Positions 48,402 through 62,913 are shown, counted from the whole stretch's first letter. The stretch: DNA of 62,975 nt, filler included, from Octopus bimaculoides (GCF_001194135.2; 6 parts of 5 records of this genome joined end to end with filler, not necessarily neighbours in it); one strand, 5' to 3'. Translations and numbers: made by a program. Notes: generated from the sequence alone by a model not told the origin.

Positions 48402-50145
48402 GTGTGAAAATTCCAAGCAATGCTGCGCAAATAATCTTGTGGATTGAATCGAAGCATTTATCTCTATTTCTTGCATTATTGTCACTTTATTTTTCCCTTC
48501 ATTTCTCCTGCATATCCTTGATCTGATATAATACACTTTACCGTTGTCCGTATGGCGAATTTGTCTTTCAGCGAATTTCGCCACGGCAAAAATGTTTACG
48601 GCAAGATTTTCCTATAACCGATATTTTTGCTTGATCATTCTATTCATTATATCCTCTTCCTTAGACAAATTAGAAATAATTATTGAAAGTAATTATTTCT
48701 TGTGCAAACATTATCATAAAACGAAGGTTGAAACCTACACCAAGTTTGATATTATATATTCTTGTTTTCCTCTGCTTTATCTTAAAACGCACGTTTTAGT
48801 ATCCTTACATTTCATTGGTTCAACTCAGAGACTACATTTATATCCTCAGTGAATATAATCCATAGATAAGATTTTTCGCAGTTATATCTAAGGCGTAGAT
48901 ACAGAGGGAACACGAAACAGAATAAAGGCGCGAACAACCATACTTTAATCCAACCAAGATGGAGGCACTCAATGGGAAAGATCAAGTTTTTTTAATGTGT
49001 GTTTCAGCGGGGAAGTTCATTGAAACAAGCGATGTTTTGTTTGGTAAGGTGAAACCAACAGCTGTTGTGATGTAGAAGTTATTCTACCGCATAACCAAAT
49101 CCCGCCTCCAACCAACAGCCAAGTCTGTTTGAAAAAACGAATTCCATTGTACTGTAAATTCTTGATTCAGAGTGAAGCCTGACATTTTCCTATCATTAAA
49201 TGAGTTTTTTTTTTGTCATTTAGGTGTCATGTAGATTTTCTGTTCCTTCTGCCTTTCATCTCGTAGAATATTTCACTTTTTCTCTTTAAAAAAAGATCTT
49301 GTGGGTATGATGGGGTAGAAGTAATTATTCGGTGTACAATATAAAACGTAAGGTGAAAGTTCGAGTTTACTTAAAGTTTCGTATTCCGTAATTGGACTCA
49401 AGCTTCCATTCTGTCTTTTACATTGACTGCTAAATATTTACTCTACTCGTATCCTCTTCTACAAGAATAAAATATACATAGCAATATTACGACTGTGAAA
49501 AGTAAATTTTAGCTGGAATCGGTCTATACACGAAGTAATTACCATTATATACCGATATCCCTATCAAATATTCTGTTAGTTGGAAGACAGAGGAGGGAAA
49601 ATGACATGACTTATGAATGATACAAAAATACCACAATAATGGTTTCTAAATTGGGAACAAGGTCAAGAGTTTTGAGGGGACGAAGTCAGTTAACACCTGG
49701 TGGGCAGTATTTGACTAGTACTTTATTTTTATCAACCCTTGAAGATATGAAAGACAACTTTGGTCTCAACAAAATTTGAACTCAGGTCGTAAAGCATCAA
49801 AAGTAATATAACAAAACCTTTTTCTTGTCCGATGATCAAACGCTATAACCATTCCACAAGGCCTCATAATGAATCATGAATTAAAAGTTGAAGATTGGAC
49901 ACTAATTATATTTACGGTAGCAACTCTGTCAGCTTTCTTAAAAATAGTAAAACGGGGGTAGCTGATGAAGAAGAATGTTCTCTATGTGGCTTGTGTGCTT
50001 TCTCGTCTACGTTTTGTTTGCAATGTCCTGTACCCAGATATGCACCTATACATACAGGTGGATGTCGGTATGCACATACCTGTACGTATATATGCATATA
50101 CTCATTTACTGTTTGTTTATATATATATATATATATGGGAGAATA

Positions 50146-50331
50146 TACAAATAATAACAACAGACGAGGACAGGTGGTGTAAATAACAAAAGTATATATT
50201 AGTATGACGCTCGGGAATACGGAAAGTCTTTGACGTTTCGAGCTACGCTCTTCAACAGAAAGAATACGGAGACAAGGAGAAAAACACGGAGAAAAAAAAT
50301 TGAATAGTGTTCAGTCAACGGTCAATCACAT
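50146..50331 (-). mobile_element. Repeat family D with hammerhead-like motif
   Basis: Reverse complement of 26852-27046; motif at 50227-50263 identical to 26919-26955. Confidence 0.65.
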
Positions 50332-50339
50332 AACTACAT

Positions 50340-50760
50340 ATAATACTTATAAACAAATGCGAAAGGCTTTGGAAGTTACGGACGGAAAGCTATTACGGAG
50401 ATCTGCTGGTATAATAACTGTAGAATAGTATTTAGTAATAATATTTTATTCTCCGATTTGAAGCGACAGTTTTTAAATACAAACAAATGACTGAAGAAGG
50501 ATGAAAAAATACCAGCCAGAACCGAACCTACAAATCAACGCTAACATGGCTCCTTGCGCATCCGATTGGGCCAAATGCTCACCCATCAATTTCAGCCGAA
50601 TTTAGTTAATATGTACTTAAACTGTCTAATACTACATATAATACTTGTAGACAAACGCGAAATATCGCTGAAATTGATGGGCGAACGTTTGGCGCCATCG
50701 GATGCACAAAGAGCCGTGTTAGCGTTGATTTGTGGGTTCGATTCTGGCTGGGGTTAGCTC
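50340..50760. repeat. Family E repeat in inverted arrangement
   Basis: 50340-50660 is the reverse complement of ~1130-1425; 50680-50760 is a forward copy of the same core, so it is an inverted repeat with ~50490-50575. Confidence 0.65.
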
Positions 50761-50860
50761 NNNNNNNNNNNNNNNNNNNNNNNNNNNNNNNNNNNNNNNN
50801 NNNNTTAATTAATTAANNNNNNNNNNNNNNNNNNNNNNNNNNNNNNNNNNNNNNNNNNNN
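50761..50860. other. Artificial scaffold-join spacer
   Basis: 44 N + TTAATTAATTAA (50805-50816) + 44 N. Confidence 0.95.
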
Positions 50861-51084
50861 ATATATATATATATATATATATACACAATTAAGGGATCAG
50901 CAACAGGTTGCTTCACCACATACCGAAGTTCAGAAATAGCAGCTAAAAATGCTGAAACTACAACAGATAGCAGTTACCCGCAACTTACATAGGCAAAACA
51001 AGAAAAAAAATAACGAACTAAACTAGCCATAGTTAATCATAGACATGTTTCTGGTTTAGAAGGATAAAAACTCCTCATTACCTC

Positions 51085-51137
<53 letters not shown>

Positions 51138-52190
51138 GCAGACATAACATACATACATACATACATACACACACATACACACACACGCACATATATATAA
51201 CCTGTTGTTCATGAATGCTTATCCGAATTCTTCTGCTATTGTTCCTGGTATTCTCTTGAATTATATAACTAACGACGATTTCTCGACCCATATTATCGAG
51301 ATTGTCTCTGCCACTTCATGCTAGTGAATTCACACACGAAGATATAGAAATAACATCAATCTCATAGACATTCTTCCATCGTCAAATTCCAACCATTTCC
51401 GAACGAAAGATTAAATTCAACGCAACCCCCCCCCCAAAAAAAAACAGAGAAAAAATATAGAGAGAGATATGGAAATCTGCAATAACAAAAAATATTGTGA
51501 TTGTGTTAATGATGATGATGGGAATGATGATGATAATAGTAGTGTTGGTGGCGATGGAATCCTTGTTGTAAATAAGAAAGAGAAAGCAAGAATAAAAGAA
51601 TAAAAGACAAAAATCTCCGCCATCTAACAATCCAAATGAACCATCAAGCCAGTAAACCATCATGGCAAGCTTTCCAATGTAATACAAACAAAGGAACGGT
51701 AAAATATGGCCTCCGAAGGGTCAGATTTTTATCAAGATATATTTGCTGTCATTTCTTGTCTGGAGGAATTGTTAAAAGAATTCCATGTAAAGCTGGTATT
51801 TATTATAGGAGAAAGAGAGAAAGGCAGAATGAGGAAGAGAGAGAGAAGGAGAGAGCATTATTTTTACTGATTCAACAGGAGACAATACATAGGCTCAGTT
51901 ACTTAATTTCTCAACATGTTTGCGTATTTGTGTGCGTATATTTGTGTTTCGTGTTTGTGCATGTGCGCATGTATGTGTGTGTGTGCGTGTGTATGTCTAA
52001 GTGTGTGTATGTGTGTACATATATTGAGATATATATCTATAGGCATATGTATGAGTCATTGTGTGTGCATGTGAGTCGGTACGTGTGTGTGTGTGATTTG
52101 TTTTGTTTCCTTTTCGGTGTTTTCTTTTTAATACTACTTGACAATACTTCAGTAATGAATACCAACCCCTGACATTAACAGCATGCTCCT

Positions 52191-52290
52191 NNNNNNNNNN
52201 NNNNNNNNNNNNNNNNNNNNNNNNNNNNNNNNNNTTAATTAATTAANNNNNNNNNNNNNNNNNNNNNNNNNNNNNNNNNNNNNNNNNNNN
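52191..52290. other. Artificial scaffold-join spacer
   Basis: 44 N + TTAATTAATTAA (52235-52246) + 44 N. Confidence 0.95.
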
Positions 52291-52359
<69 letters not shown>

Positions 52360-52882
52360 CTCTTTTTCTCCCTTCACCCTCTCTCCCACTTCTTCCCCTG
52401 CTTTTGTTCTCTATGACGAAGGCTCCTACCCGAACTGTAACTCATCTTGCTCCTGCAAAATAACTTATTCCACTTTTTATATACTTTTTGCAGACAAGTA
52501 GTCATACATCATACTCACTAATATCACTTTTACGTGGATCAACGTATAAAACAGGGAAATATTTAAGAAGAAATAAACTCAAACCAACCAATCTTCCCAT
52601 CGACATGACAGTTGACAAACAAGTTATCCTGCATAGAGCGTTTGTCATTTTCGTTTCGTTTGGTTTTTTGGGCGATTTTTGCATTTTTAATCCGTTTTCT
52701 TTTTCTGTTCTTTTTTTAGCTGAAAAGATATTTGAAGTGTAAAACCAATTCTAGAAATCTCAACTGACATTATTTTAATAACCCGTTATGTCATACTTAT
52801 ATATATATATGACTACATGTACATGTGTGTGTGTTTGTGTGTGTATGACTAACTGTTTGGAATAGGTGCATAGATATGTACC

Positions 52883-52955
<73 letters not shown>

Positions 52956-53137
52956 ATATATATGCACACATATATAAACATATATATATATACATATATA
53001 TTTATATATATATAAACATGTATATATACATATAACCATGCATATATATATATATATATATAAATATTATACACATACACATGTATATAAAATTAAATAT
53101 GCGTATACATACACGCACACATACATACATACATACA

Positions 53138-53168
<31 letters not shown>

Positions 53169-55063
53169 GCCGTCTCTGATATGACAATCTGCCAATGATT
53201 CTTCAAAATATTTTTTCCTTATCGCAATACTTTTGAAAATTCCGGTATTTATTTATTTATGTATTTATTTATTTACTTATCTATTTATTTATTCATTTAT
53301 TTATTTATTCATTAATTTGTTTATTCATTTGTTTATTTATTCATTTATTTATTTATATATATATTTGTTTATCTGCTCATATCAGAGCAAGGTATAGAAA
53401 AGAAAAGGAAGAAGAATGACTAACAGTTCAAAGTTTTCGAATCATCTCGAAGTCCTAAAGAAATAATACACTATTTCTGATGGAGATATAAACTTTGCTG
53501 ATTCCTCGAAAAGAAAAAATATTTATATTCACGGAAACACAAAATGCGTAGAAATTATTTGCGAACTTCTCAATATTTTCCTTCAATAATACATACGGTG
53601 CCACGAGGTAAATTGTCAAATTTATTGTTATTGTTGCTATTCTTGATGTTGTTGATTCTTAGACCCGTGACAGCCCTTCTCGAGGGAACTTATATGATCA
53701 AAGACATTCCAGCCCTTACGATTCCCATCCCTTGGTTATCTATCAATAGAAAAAAAAAAGGAAAAGAAAATAAAAGAGGAAGGGCATTTTGACTGCTGTA
53801 TTCACAGATTCGCGATGACCATTAAAAATAAAAGACAAGACAGCCGGAATTTCTTTGATCTTTGTCGTTCTGTTGGATGAAGTCTGAACTGGAACTAAAC
53901 AAATACAAAACAAGCAGGCGTTGAGGTTAAATAGTCAAGTGCTAATGTTGTTGTCGACCAAATTGTAGATCTGAGTTCAAATTTATATCATACAATTAAG
54001 TTGCATTTTAACAATACTCTTTTTCTTTTCTCGCAGTTCCCAGTCTTTCTTCATATTTGAAATATTTCTCAGACCAACCAGGACCGTTAATTGTGATAAG
54101 GATTTTAACTCTTAACTCAAATACATATCTCATAGATGTGTTTTAGGGCATTTTAGCAACATATCCAGACATATGTCCTTCACTTTGAGCTCTTATTGGA
54201 TATGTTCCTTAACAGAAAAAGGGTATCCTATCATTATCCTTGTAGATTTATTCAGCTTTCATCAGTTTAATCCCATATGATCTATGTACTCATTTGTAGA
54301 ACTTTGTAAAACTTTGTAAAATCTTGTACTCTGGTTCCAGTTTCAAAGTGTGCTTATAGTTCATTTCAAATATTATAAATGGTTTCCTGGATATGACTAT
54401 AGTGGTGTATAACAGGAAACTTCTCAGAAGAAAACAGTAATGTTATCTAACATAATTGGTGGGTAGATTTCCAAATTTCGAGGAGGATCATTCAGTTATT
54501 CAATCAAAAATATCATTGATTACACGATAATAATAAATAATTTATCGATTGGTAACTATTTTTTTATAGACTCAGACAGAGTGATGGGTAATGGTCACCG
54601 TCGAGATATTTGAACTCATATCGCAAAAGAGATGTGAAGTGAATATCCATATGGAATTTTGGTAGCTGCTTTTCAATTCATTCAGTTAACGATTGGTTCT
54701 AACTTATTACATATTCGGTTATAAGAACACAAGAGATGATCTTTGAGAGAATTTTGGCGGCATTCATGCTGATTTCATCGTCATCACCATGATACTATCA
54801 TTTCCTGGAGAGATCTAATTAGTCTCTTTTTTGTTAATTACGAATGATATATTAATGAGAGACAAACAAAAAAGATAAGTTATTTTTTTTCCATTCTCCT
54901 ATGAGATAAATATATAAACGATTTTTTTTTTTATTTTAAGTCTTTCTTTCAGTTCAAACAATTTCAAATGAAATATTCGCAAAAGCGGCTCACATGCCTG
55001 CAGCGCAGAAATAACTAGCAATTGCATACATACGCACAGCAACGCAAACTCATAGACACTTAC

Positions 55064-55094
<31 letters not shown>

Positions 55095-55821
55095 AGAACG
55101 TATACTCACACATATGCATATGTGTCTATAAAGCAATATTTATATATATTTGCGTGTATAACTATATGTCTGTATGTTAAAATAAATGAGTATTCGTCAA
55201 TATATTTGCAAATATCTTAGGCATACGTATTTAATGAAAACAAACATGTAAACATACACACATGCATACATCCATCTATCCATCCATCCCTACATACACA
55301 CTCACACACTCACTCTCTCTCTCTCTATGACACACACAGGTATGTATATATTGCATGCATATTTGTTTGTATATTTGTATGTATAAATGTATGTATACAT
55401 AAATATATAGAGTGAGAGAGAGAGAGAGGGAGAGGGAGAAAAAGAGGTGAAAAATTAAGCAGAGACAAAACGCAAAACAAACGATAGAATCATGGAAACC
55501 ATTGCATCTCCCAAACTATCAACTAAAGATCGAGAAAATGTCTGCCCGTTATCACCAGGATTATTCACTTCAAGGTACACAGTTATGGCGATGAAGACAA
55601 TGAGAGAACCGATACGAAAACATACAAATAATTCGGTACTGGAAATAATAGAAATATATCGATTTAAAGAAATGTCGTTTCGTGTAGCTACAGGAAGAAT
55701 TATCTACGAATATTGAATGTTTTTCGACTGAGGAGAAAATGGATCGATTTATTAGATATGCATGATAGAACTGAGACCGAATCGAGTTTTAATATGGATA
55801 CACTGATAAGGCAACAAACGT

Positions 55822-56016
55822 ACAGAATCGTTAGCACGCGAGGCAAAATGCTTCGCAGCATTTCGATCGTATTTACGTTCGTGGTTCAAATTCTGCCGAT
55901 GTCGACTTTACAGCTCGTCCTTTCGGTGTTCTTAAAATAAGTACTAGTTGAGCACTGGGCCCGATGTAATCGACTGAATCCCTCTCCTGGAATTGCTGGC
56001 TCTGTGCCAAAATTTC
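55822..56016 (+). mobile_element. SINE family A, diverged
   Basis: agaatcgttagcacgcg..ttcaaattctgccga.gtcgacttt..gatgtaatcgact..gtgccaaaattt. Confidence 0.75.
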
Positions 56017-57504
56017 ATGAAGTACATAAAACAATATGAGAGGAGTTGATTGACCGAATCCGCTTATAGGTTTAAGATAATCACCTGGATTTTGAGAGCC
56101 TTTATTGAAGTGTTTTCTAGTGAAAGAGTTCTTGATGGGTCGCCAATGTGATGGGTCCTCTTTCCATTCATACAGCCTGAGAGGTTCTGCAACGAGTCAT
56201 CGTCGTTACCTTCTCTCTTGAAAACCTTCTCTCTTCAAAACAAACGAAATATAATTTACACACTGTTGGACGCCATGATGAATAATTTCATGGCTTTATC
56301 AACTTAACTATATTGTCAGTGAATTATTTGTCTAAATGGCTCAGTATACCACGGACGTCAAAGTGAGATAGCTAAGTCTAAGGAATTTTAGCTGAGAACA
56401 AGGTCTGAACAACTTATGAAAGGAATTGAAGATAAACCTACATCACAAGATTATAGATCCAATTCTCCGCCAGCATTTGCATTGCATCGTGGGTGATAAA
56501 GCCAGCCCAATGAATTACAGTTGTAGGTTAATCGAAATGCTTTAAGTGAAGTGATGTCCACTCAATGTCACTAAGAGGCCTCGAATCAGCACAAAACAAT
56601 GATGAATTACCACTGGTCAAAATGCAATGCAGTTAGATCGAAAACGGGACCATGTTGTTACAAAGCGAATATTTCAACCAAACGGCTAAGCATTCGTAAA
56701 TATATAAATACACTCATATATATTATTTTAATGGGGAAATTATTCGCTTTAAAAGCATTTACATACACAGCTACATACACACGTAAGCATACACAGGCAA
56801 ATATGCATATACCTATATATACATACATACATATACACACAGAGAGACAGACATACATGAATAATTATACATGTATGTATGTATGTGTATGTATGNNNNN
56901 NNNNNNNNNNNNNNNNNNNNNNNNNNNNNNNNNNNNNNNNNNNNNNNNNNNNNNNNNNNNNNNNNNNNNNNNNNNNNNNNNNNNNNNNNNNNNNNNNNNN
57001 NNNNNNNNNNNNNNNNNNNNNNNNNNNNNNNNNNNNNNNNNNNNNNNNNNNNNNNNNNNNNNNNNNNNNNNNNNNNNNNNNNNNNNNNNNNNNNNNNNNN
57101 NNNNNNNNNNNNNNNNNNNNNNNNNNNNNNNNNNNNNNNNNNNNNNNNNNNNNNNNNNNNNNNNNNNNNNNNNNNNNNNNNNNNNNNNNNNNNNNNNNNN
57201 NNNNNNNNNNNNNNNNNNNNNNNNNNNNNNNNNNNNNNNNNNNNNNNNNNNNNNNNNNNNNNNNNNNNNNNNNNNNNNNNNNNNNNNNNNNNNNNNNNNN
57301 NNNNNNNNNNNNNNNNNNNNNNNNNNNNNNNNNNNNNNNNNNNNNNNNNNNNNNNNNNNNNNNNNNNNNNNNNNNNNNNNNNNNNNNNNNNNNNNNNNNN
57401 NNNNNNNNNNNNNNNNNNNNNNNNNNNNNNNNNNNNNNNNNNNNNNNNNNNNNNNNNNNNNNNNNNNNNNNNNNNNNNNNNNNNNNNNNNNNNNNNNNNN
57501 NNNN

Positions 57505-57556
<52 letters not shown>

Positions 57557-57855
57557 GCGTACATTTATCGACATCTCAATATTTATACGTTTTTGTGTAA
57601 CGATATTTATGTTTATTTTAGCAATAATTTGTGTTTATATGCATACACAGTTATAAATAAATAAAGAGAACTCTGTATGGTATTTATCTGTGTGTGTGTT
57701 GGAGCGTGTATGTGTGCGTATGGCTGTGTGTTTTTCTGTCTATGTGTGTGTGTGTGATTGCGTGTGTGCATGTACAGTGTACATATAGGTGCATATGTGC
57801 TAATATGCTAATATGCGAATGTATGTTTATCGAAACGTATATACATGTGTGTTAT

Positions 57856-57922
<67 letters not shown>

Positions 57923-58499
57923 TACGTCTGTATGTGTGTGTATGTATGTATGTATGTATGATGTATGTATGTATGATGTATGTATGCATGTATGTATGTA
58001 AAAATACACATGGCACCAGGGTATGCGCATGAAATTCTTCACACGAAATGTGCTAGAGAATATCCATACATAAATATATGTCTTTATGTATGGAATTGTG
58101 TGTTGTATGTATGCATGTATGCGTGTGTGTGCGTTTGTGTGTACGTGTGTGGATGTGCAAATTACATTCATATATATATCTCAGTGTGTTCCATATGAAT
58201 AGAATTTAATGCGTTCTGTGTCATACATGCATACTGACACACACACGCACACACACACATATGTGTTTGTATGTATATTTATATATCCTCATTCACCTTT
58301 CGTATTCAGTTATATTCTTGCAAATTTGAATGAAACCTTTCACTAAAACCACGGTTTGAGATGTTTCTCATCTGTTTCTCCACACGAATAACACATCCAT
58401 GAATAATTCTCTTGATTCTGATGCCGTTTCCTTCTTCTCTTTAGCCACAGTATATACTTTGTGGTTGACCAGAAACTTGAACTCAAGCTGACTAACTAA

Positions 58500-58625
58500 A
58501 CAACTATGCCTAGCGCCTGTGATTTTATCAACGTCGGGATTTGAAGTCAGAACATAAAGACGGATGGAATGCCGCTAAGCATTTCGCTGGGCGTGCTAAC
58601 AATATCTGCCAGCTTATCGCCTTTC
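58500..58625 (-). mobile_element. SINE family A, 5' fragment
   Basis: tttgaagtcagaac..gccgctaagcatttcgctgggcgtgctaac..tctgccagct..cgcc is the reverse complement of the family A head. Confidence 0.75.
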
Positions 58626-59443
58626 AGTGAATGTAAATATAACTACCGAAACCAAATTGTAACGTTTTTTACCTGAAGATCGCTAAGGCGTGAAACTTAA
58701 ATCACGAAATAAGAATTCAGTTTCAGATATACTTTAGAATCTACATGTATCGAGTACTCTACTATCATTCGTTCGATACAATTCAAAGTTCGTACACACA
58801 CACACACACACACGCACACACATTTATTTATNNNNNNNNNNNNNNNNNNNNNNNNNNNNNNNNNNNNNNNNNNNNNNNNNNNNNNNNNNNNNNNNNNNNN
58901 NNNNNNNNNNNNNNNNNNNNNNNNNNNNNNNNNNNNNNNNNNNNNNNNNNNNNNNNNNNNNNNNNNNNNNNNNNNNNNNNNNNNNNNNNNNNNNNNNNNN
59001 NNNNNNNNNNNNNNNNNNNNNNNNNNNNNNNNNNNNNNNNNNNNNNNNNNNNNNNNNNNNNNNNNNNNNNNNNNNNNNNNNNNNNNNNNNNNNNNNNNNN
59101 NNNNNNNNNNNNNNNNNNNNNNNNNNNNNNNNNNNNNNNNNNNNNNNNNNNNNNNNNNNNNNNNNNNNNNNNNNNNNNNNNNNNNNNNNNNNNNNNNNNN
59201 NNNNNNNNNNNNNNNNNNNNNNNNNNNNNNNNNNNNNNNNNNNNNNNNNNNNNNNNNNNNNNNNNNNNNNNNNNNNNNNNNNNNNNNNNNNNNNNNNNNN
59301 NNNNNNNNNNNNNNNNNNNNNNNNNNNNNNNNNNNNNNNNNNNNNNNNNNNNNNNNNNNNNNNNNNNNNNNNNNNNNNNNNNNNNNNNNNNNNNNNNNNN
59401 NNNNNNNNNNNNNNNNNNNNNNNNNNNNNNNNNNNNNNNNNNN

Positions 59444-59494
<51 letters not shown>

Positions 59495-59879
59495 TATTTA
59501 TACAGATATATATATTTATATATATATTAGAAGTACGATGATGGGTCAATTGATTACGAAAGACAGGAGACCCAGATGCTACAGATGTGGAAGGATAGAC
59601 CATATGATGTCTTTCTACACTTTGGTGATGACCAAGAGCGTATGATCGGTTCTACACTGACTTGTAACAATAATGGAACTGCAGTAGCAACAAATGTAAA
59701 CGTTGATCATTACATCTTAAGATGTCAAAGCATGCTGGATCATCGAATTTGCATTTTGCGAGATTTACATTAGTAGGAAACAGAAAGACAGCGGAAAATA
59801 TGTTTGTGTGTGTGTGCGTGAGGAGGGTGGTGGGGAGTCAGACTGAATATAATTTATTTGTAATTATCACTACGGATGA

Positions 59880-59888
59880 ATTCACACT

Positions 59889-59919
<31 letters not shown>

Positions 59920-59989
59920 CCACAACCACCACCACCACCACCATTACCTCCACCACTACCACCACCGACATCATCATTATCATCATCAC

Positions 59990-60030
<41 letters not shown>

Positions 60031-60330
60031 CCACCACTACCACCATCACTACCACTACCACTACCACCACCACTACCACCACCACTACCACCACCACTAC
60101 CACCACCGACATCATCATCATCATCATCATCATCACATGGTATGGTATTAGTATTGCGCTTGGAGTGGCCGGTATGTTTGGTATTACATTGGTAGTTATA
60201 TCTTTGGTACCGATCGCACAGCTAATGGGTCTTGTGCGAGCGGTTTTGACAATTGAGGTGTTGATGGTGGTGGTGAGTTGATGGTGGTGGTGATGGTGGT
60301 GGTGTCGGTGGTGGTGGTGGTGGTGGNNNN
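59880..60330. repeat. Compound CAT/CAC/TAC and GGT trinucleotide repeats
   Basis: Seen directly; produces spurious poly-H, poly-P and poly-S ORFs. Confidence 0.9.
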
Positions 60331-61180
60331 NNNNNNTAATGGTGGTGGTAAATTGGTGAGTATAGCAATGGGCGAAAATGACGGGCGAAGCTATTGTAGA
60401 TCTTGATCGTGGTTGTAATGGTGGTGAGCGGCGGTGGTGGCGACAGTTACGGGCAGCGGCGGACCAGACAGTTAAGGCAGCGATGGCTGACGCAAAACAA
60501 GCGGCGGCAGAGGGAATAATATCGGCGGTTGTGTGTGTGTGTGTGTGAGGCATTAGTTTTGGTAGTGACAGTGGTATGTGTGGCGGCAGCGGTGGTGGCG
60601 GCAGCGGTGGTGGCGGCAGTGGTGGTGGCGGTAGCGGCGGAGGCGGTGGCAGCAGCGGCGGAGGCGATGGCGGCAGCGGTGGTGGCTGCATTTTGGCGGC
60701 AGCGGTCGAGGCTGCAATTGATGGGAATGATAGAGGCGGCGATGGGAATTTTAGTGATAACAGTAGGTTAAACTGTTTAATATGGCGGTTTTTGAGATGT
60801 ACGTAGTATTCATAGTGGTGTCGGCGCTTGTGTTAGCAGTGGTAGTTATAGTTATGTCGTAAGTTAGTGATGGCGATGGTGGTGTTAAAGACCCCAGCCG
60901 CAATGATGGCGGCCATATTGAGGAGAGCTGTGCCGAGCTGCAAACGACTCGTCGTGCAAGCTTTGGTTAATATTTCGTGAACTCCATTGTTAATCCACGT
61001 CAAACGAGACACGATGAAGAAAGGTGGCAGTGGTAAGAGTAGTGGTAGTGGTAGGAGTAGTGGCAATGGTGGAGGGTGTAGCTTCAAAACCAGAAATTCC
61101 GAGGGTAGTAGTAGTAGGTGGATAAGTACGTAGATAGATTGGTATGCTGGTATGTGAGTAGAGTTGGGTATGACTAGCTT

Positions 61181-61352
61181 AAAAAGGGGGAATGTTGGGT
61201 CCCGTTTACCCCTGCCAACCTAACGCTCGAACGCATATCTTTATCTCGTGCTCCATCTCACCACTCTTCCGAAACCCACACCTCACCAACAGACATGTCT
61301 AACACGACTTTTCCGTTAACTTCATCACACGTGTTGTTGCATACTTTCAACA
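61181..61352 (+). mobile_element. Possible PPT plus Gypsy-type LTR remnant
   Basis: AAAAAGGGGGAA followed by TGTTGG at 61193 and a CAACA at 61348-61352; no second LTR or internal coding region seen. Confidence 0.4.
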
Positions 61353-61403
61353 CCCTTGCCTCCCATAATTGATCATACACCCTGCTCACTACGCACAAGC
61401 ACA

Positions 61404-61440
<37 letters not shown>

Positions 61441-61680
61441 ACACGCACACACGCTCATGCACACATATGCACACGCACACACACACATATACGTGCACAT
61501 ATCTTCGCATGTATATATATATATATATGTATACATATATGTATATATACATGTATATATATATGCATATATTTATACACACAAACACACATACACACAC
61601 ACACACACATATATATATGTATGTATATGTATATATGTATATATGTGTATGTATATGTATATATCTTTATATACACACAC

Positions 61681-61780
61681 NNNNNNNNNNNNNNNNNNNN
61701 NNNNNNNNNNNNNNNNNNNNNNNNTTAATTAATTAANNNNNNNNNNNNNNNNNNNNNNNNNNNNNNNNNNNNNNNNNNNN
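61681..61780. other. Artificial scaffold-join spacer
   Basis: 44 N + TTAATTAATTAA (61725-61736) + 44 N. Confidence 0.95.
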
Positions 61781-61814
61781 GTAATGGTGAGTAGTGGAGT
61801 AGTGGTGAGTAGTG

Positions 61815-62170
61815 TCTCCCACTACCACTATGGTCAGGATTCATCCAACCAGCTGTCTGCACTTTGTCGCCATCCTGTTAATGTGCACTTGGAAAGAGGT
61901 ATCATCACTTATGCTAATAGGTAGGACCCCCACTGATTTAGGATCTGGGTTTGTAATTTCCTGTGGACCAGTGTACCCAAGTTTTATATTCAATTTCGGA
62001 CAATGGTAGTGCAGGGCTTGGAACTTTTCAGTATTAAACTGAATATTATTATCCTCAGCTCATCTATAAATTGAGTCCAACTCCTGCTGCAGGTGTGCAA
62101 CGTTGCTGGGATTCTGTATTTCCACCTTTACTTTTCTATTCCAAACTTGTAAATTTGAAAGCATAACTTA
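61815..62170 (-). mobile_element. CR1/Crack-like LINE RT C-terminal fragment
   Basis: LDSIYR*AEDNNIQFNTEKFQALHY..SDDTSFQVHINRMATKCRQLVG*IL on the minus strand. Confidence 0.65.
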
Positions 62171-62520
62171 GATCTATCCATAACGGAATAACATTTCCTA
62201 AATCTTACATTAGTGCATAATTCCTCTCTGCATTTTAATACGATAATGTACTAATTGGCTACCTCCCACTGCTAGAGTCCAGTAGTGTTTATTTTTTCCA
62301 TTCATTGCTTCATCCTTCATTTTTCTCGTTCAGACTTGTAAATAAAATATATATACTTATAAATTTGATATATATATCTCAGATATATTAAAAAAAATAA
62401 TATATCCATAACTATAAATACTATTCATCACCCATTCATTAAGTAAGGCCCCTTAGACAATTCATTCCTAAAATATTTTGTTTTTATTTGTATTGTATTT
62501 ATATAATACTCTATTACTCT

Positions 62521-62913
62521 TTTACTTGTTTCAGTCATTTGACTGTGGCCATGCCAGAGCATCGCCTTTAGTCCAGCAAATTGATCCAAGGACTTATTCT
62601 TTGTAAGCCTAGTACTTAGTCTATCAGTATCTTTTGCCAAACCGCTAAGTTACGGGGACGTAAACACACCACCATTGGTTGTTAAGCGATGTTGGGGGGA
62701 CAAACACAGACACACAAACATATACACACACATACATATGTACATATATACGATGGGTTTCTTTCAGTTTCCATCTACCAAATCCACTCACAAGGCTTTG
62801 GTCGGCCCAAGGCTATAGTAGAAGACACTTGCCCAAGGTGCCACGTAGTGGGACTGAACCTGGAACCATGTGGTTGGTAAGTAAGCTACTTACCATACAG
62901 CCACTCCTGCGCT
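62521..62913 (-). mobile_element. tRNA-derived SINE family B, full length, with CORE-like segment
   Basis: Minus strand: GCGCAGGAGTGGCTGTATGGTAAG (A-box-like), GGTTCAGTCCC (B-box-like), CCTTGGGCAAGTGTC (CORE-SINE-like motif), internal microsatellite, 3' tail shared with other copies. Confidence 0.85.

Noticed and set aside
48900-49200. CpG-containing segment with YY1-like CAAGATGGAGGC as a promoter or first exon
   Set aside because: A single short imperfect motif with no recognisable downstream exon; needs CAGE or RNA-seq.
59882-60806. Long Pro/Ala/His-rich and Gly-rich ORFs resembling a homeobox or low-complexity protein
   Set aside because: Entirely explained by degenerate GGT/GGC/CAT repeats; no folded domain or splice support.
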